Below are positions 34,934-37,862 of a stretch of 37,862 bases of DNA, piece after piece. Position 1 is the first letter of the stretch; every line of letters starts with the position of its first letter. Under the pieces are notes generated by a model that was not told the DNA's origin, ran no database searches, and saw nothing but the letters and a program-made list of their open reading frames with translations. The position numbers and the translations under genes were made by a program. The stretch spans positions 1 to 37,862 of the IMG/VR virus record IMGVR_UViG_3300008255_000067. One strand, 5' to 3'. This stretch comes from a virus (taxonomy: Duplodnaviria; Caudoviricetes).

Positions 34934-35870
34934 AATCTAAGCCCTCCAGATTTTCAGCAAACGGTACTACTCGAATAGTAATTGTTTGACTTGAGAAAGT
35001 TCTATTAGCATAATCATCAGGCACTACCCAAGATGAACGGCGATAAAATGTCACCCTGATTCGAGTAGCATCACACCATGCACTGACCTCATATACCACA
35101 TCATCATAGTAAAGTATCCCAGGTGCATAAAATAAATCAGTTTCGTGATACGGAACTTCTCGAAGTAAATCAGCAGATGGCTCAAAGTAAGCATGAAAAA
35201 GTGGCGGATAACCTAAGCCATGTAAAAAGTCTACATAGGTCGCTTCTTCTACTTCATGATCAACAAAACTAGCCCACATCTCGGGTAAAGTAAGTGTTTC
35301 TGATTTAATGCTTTCTTTAAAATACTGCAACATTTTATACTTAGTAGAAAAGCGCATATCATATTCTTCACCAGTTCGCACTTCTTTACCGGTTTTCGAT
35401 ACCTTCATGCCATAGTCACCAGTTAAATCAATGTTTGAAGCAGAGGTAAATTCTTCAATTGGATCAACATATAAATAAAACTTCGCTGTAATAGACACGC
35501 TTTTAAAACCATCAATAGCCTGGATGTATAAATTATCTTCGTCTGAATATGCAAAAAAACCACCAGCCTCATCTTGATTAAACCAGCGATTCGCACCCCC
35601 AATTCTGAACCATGAATTAGGATAAGTCGTACCGGTTAGAAAAGAAAAAGCAGCCGTGCCTTTAACAAACACATCAAACGCCGGTGCATACCCTAAATCA
35701 TGGGGTATGGTGTAAGTGTAGTTACCACTGCCATTAGTCGTAAAGCTTACGGTATCCCACTTATAAACCTTCATGTACGGAAACTTACTCGTAAACCTTG
35801 TATCAATATCGGTTACGGTTTTAACATCTGAGCCAGCCGGTGACACTTTCATGCCATGATTTTCAGCCAT
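34923..35870 (-). CDS. Tail-associated protein with two GMKVS...H.LGY.P modules
   Basis: Internal duplication HGMKVS..RFTSK..HDLGYAP / YGMKVS..RFSTK..HGLGYPP. Confidence 0.65.
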   Translation of the reverse strand: MAENHGMKVSPAGSDVKTVTDIDTRFTSKFPYMKVYKWDTVSFTTNGSGNYTYTIPHDLGYAPAFDVFVKGTAAFSFLTGTTYPNSWFRIGGANRWFNQDEAGGFFAYSDEDNLYIQAIDGFKSVSITAKFYLYVDPIEEFTSASNIDLTGDYGMKVSKTGKEVRTGEEYDMRFSTKYKMLQYFKESIKSETLTLPEMWASFVDHEVEEATYVDFLHGLGYPPLFHAYFEPSADLLREVPYHETDLFYAPGILYYDDVVYEVSAWCDATRIRVTFYRRSSWVVPDDYANRTFSSQTITIRVVPFAENLEGLDYGE

Positions 35871-35883
35871 ATATCAGTATTTC

Positions 35884-36414
35884 CTAGAACCCGTTGAGCA
35901 AATATCCGATTAGGATTCTGTCGTTCGTGCCATCACTAATAATAATTCTATTGTTAGCACCATCAATAAAGACATTACCACCCACCGTACCAATATCTGT
36001 ACGTCCTGCGATCAGTGAACCGGCTGCAATCGTGCCTTTAAACGTAGCGTCCCCTGTAGTGCCATCAATCGTTACCGTTGTTTCACCGTCTGCATTTCGA
36101 GCAATTAACCCACTTGGACTGATCCGAATGTCACCTGATATACCTTCTTGATATTCACCAACCTGAATTGCACCGTTTTTAGCAAACTCAAAACGATCTA
36201 AGATGCGCCTTGATTGCGTATTAAAAGAATCACTAATAACCGTATTAGCTATTGTCTGAGTAGGGAAAGTTCTAGTAGGTGTTTCTTCTGGTGCGTAGTT
36301 GTTTTTACCAGCAGCAGCAGAGCCAGCAGCATACGCCTCACTCTGATCACCATCAGCAACCCCAGGAAAAGGGTTTGCATCTATAACTGTTGGTGTATAT
36401 TCTTGTACTGACAT
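35884..36414 (-). CDS. Tail fibre/spike connector-like protein
   Basis: DIRISPSGL...TIDGTTGDATFKGTI.AGS...DRILIG pattern. Confidence 0.65.
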   Translation of the reverse strand: MSVQEYTPTVIDANPFPGVADGDQSEAYAAGSAAAGKNNYAPEETPTRTFPTQTIANTVISDSFNTQSRRILDRFEFAKNGAIQVGEYQEGISGDIRISPSGLIARNADGETTVTIDGTTGDATFKGTIAAGSLIAGRTDIGTVGGNVFIDGANNRIIISDGTNDRILIGYLLNGF

Positions 36415-36423
36415 ACATATCTC

Positions 36424-37848
36424 TTACTCAAAATAAAGTTTAATTTTGTGTACCTCTGGTGATAAATTAGCAGTAGGAGTAAGAATTACTTGCAACTCAA
36501 CCACTTCACCCACATCACCTAAAACAAATGTAGCTCGAGTTGTACCAGTAGTTGTGAGTGAGGCAGTATCACCGTCTATATTAGCAATCACCCAACTACC
36601 AGACTTCTCAACTTGATACTTAACCTGAACCGAAGTACCAGCAGGCAAAGCTGACATAAACAACTCAGCAGCTAACCAGGTTGTATCAGTAAGTGGATCT
36701 TTAATCGGTGCTACTAGATCAAGAGATTCATAAGTAGCTACTTGTTTAGCTGCACTATTGACCTTGTACCAGTAGTAATTAGTCGTTACTCGGTAGCTTA
36801 CATGAAGCACACCGGCAATAATTTCTAGCGCACCAATTTCAGTACAGGTAATCGGATACTCGAGTGTTAAAGTAAAATCACCGTTTTTCTTATTTCTACC
36901 ATAGGCATAAATACCGTCTTTAGTTGCATCAGTTGAGCCATACACACCCATGTAGATCACACCCTTATCTTCAATAATTGCACCAGGGTTTACTTGACCA
37001 CCACTAGGAATCTGAATAACCGGCAACTTATTTACAAAGTCACCAAAATAAATTTGACCATCGGTATCACCCTGCATCAGCATCACCTCACCATCAATCA
37101 AGGCATTAATACTTGCTGCAGATATTTTTTGCTTATTAATAAAGTTAAGTGATCCAGTTTCCCACTGAAACAAATGTGCATTAGCTCGACCTGAAACTGT
37201 TTTAGTGCCAATAATTGCAAAATCGTTTTTATCAATCACACTAGTGGCACTCATATCTGGTAACAATCGCAAGGCTTCATTCGTGTAACTACCATCCCAC
37301 CCAACCATAGCCATGTAGTTAGTGTTACAGATCATCAAAGCACCATTAGCAATAGCCATCTTGTGATTAGTAGCAGCACTTAAATTAACTTTAGGATAGG
37401 TATATGTAGTTGCACCAACTACCACATTAGCATTAGTGTCAACCGTCCAATCAGCGTTACCAGGAATCTCTTTACATTTTAACTTAACCGAGGTAGCCCA
37501 GAAGATATATTTTTTACCATTACTACACCACATCTCAGCAGCACCGCATATACCACCATCTGAATCAGTGTAAACAACACTGAGCGTACCATTACTCACT
37601 TGCTTATAAATCTTACTTGCACCAAATAAATAAGTATTACCGTCACTTGCCGGTACAGTCGCTATGATTAAATCAACCACCACTGGCGTACCATTATCAG
37701 CAGTTACTAACCCCTGATTACAATACAAACTATCTCTACGCCTTCGAGTTGATAAAGCAGTACCAGATTTAAAAGCCCCACGAATACCCTTATCTTCCCA
37801 ATCTGAGATACCGCCTTTAAATGATTTTAGTGTAAATGCTTGTGGCAT
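36424..37848 (-). CDS. Tail nozzle/packaged-DNA stabilisation protein (beta-propeller; P22 gp10/T7 gp12-like position)
   Basis: N-terminal SFKGGI motif, 474 aa, beta-rich; TAAGGA SD. Confidence 0.65.
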   Translation of the reverse strand: MPQAFTLKSFKGGISDWEDKGIRGAFKSGTALSTRRRRDSLYCNQGLVTADNGTPVVVDLIIATVPASDGNTYLFGASKIYKQVSNGTLSVVYTDSDGGICGAAEMWCSNGKKYIFWATSVKLKCKEIPGNADWTVDTNANVVVGATTYTYPKVNLSAATNHKMAIANGALMICNTNYMAMVGWDGSYTNEALRLLPDMSATSVIDKNDFAIIGTKTVSGRANAHLFQWETGSLNFINKQKISAASINALIDGEVMLMQGDTDGQIYFGDFVNKLPVIQIPSGGQVNPGAIIEDKGVIYMGVYGSTDATKDGIYAYGRNKKNGDFTLTLEYPITCTEIGALEIIAGVLHVSYRVTTNYYWYKVNSAAKQVATYESLDLVAPIKDPLTDTTWLAAELFMSALPAGTSVQVKYQVEKSGSWVIANIDGDTASLTTTGTTRATFVLGDVGEVVELQVILTPTANLSPEVHKIKLYFE

Positions 37849-37862
37849 ACATTAATTCCTTA
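37740..37862. repeat. Terminal direct repeat, copy 2
   Basis: Identical to 1-123. Confidence 0.97.

Noticed and set aside
2920-36411. Short plus-strand and nested minus-strand ORFs in the track
   Set aside because: They overlap longer, motif-bearing minus-strand genes and show no recognisable motifs or initiation signals.
1-37862. Alternative genetic code, diversity-generating retroelement or prophage state
   Set aside because: Long genes are intact under code 11 with TAA, TAG and TGA all used as stops. No reverse transcriptase, template/variable repeat pair, integrase or host flanks were seen.

Overview
The window is an apparently complete, circularly assembled genome of a tailed dsDNA phage with podovirus-like architecture. 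Positions 1-123 are identical to 37740-37862, so the unique length is about 37,739 bp. Every credible gene lies on the minus strand. Gene order in transcription direction: small accessory genes, terS, terL, portal, scaffold, major capsid protein, decoration/fibre proteins, tail nozzle and adaptor, internal virion proteins (including a 1988-aa polyvalent protein with 2H-phosphoesterase, ParB-like, zincin and probable LPD38 regions), lysis genes (holin-like, M23 peptidase), a MazG-like gene and two HNH genes, a large structured non-coding region, VRR-NUC, a membrane-anchored SLT, an SSB-like gene and a DnaQ-like exonuclease. I found no integrase, repressor, tRNA, CRISPR array, reverse transcriptase, polymerase, primase, helicase or replication initiator. 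The most striking unexplained signals are: (1) an HNH gene sandwiched between two minus-strand, G-U-rich structured RNA regions with a similar pseudoknot topology, next to AT-rich direct repeats; (2) one asymmetric internal-loop RNA motif shared by the scaffold and capsid leaders; (3) an AGTAACG motif recurring just upstream of start codons; (4) a 2H (Acb1-like) domain in a probably virion-delivered protein. Product calls come from motif recognition by eye; no database searches or folding programs were run.
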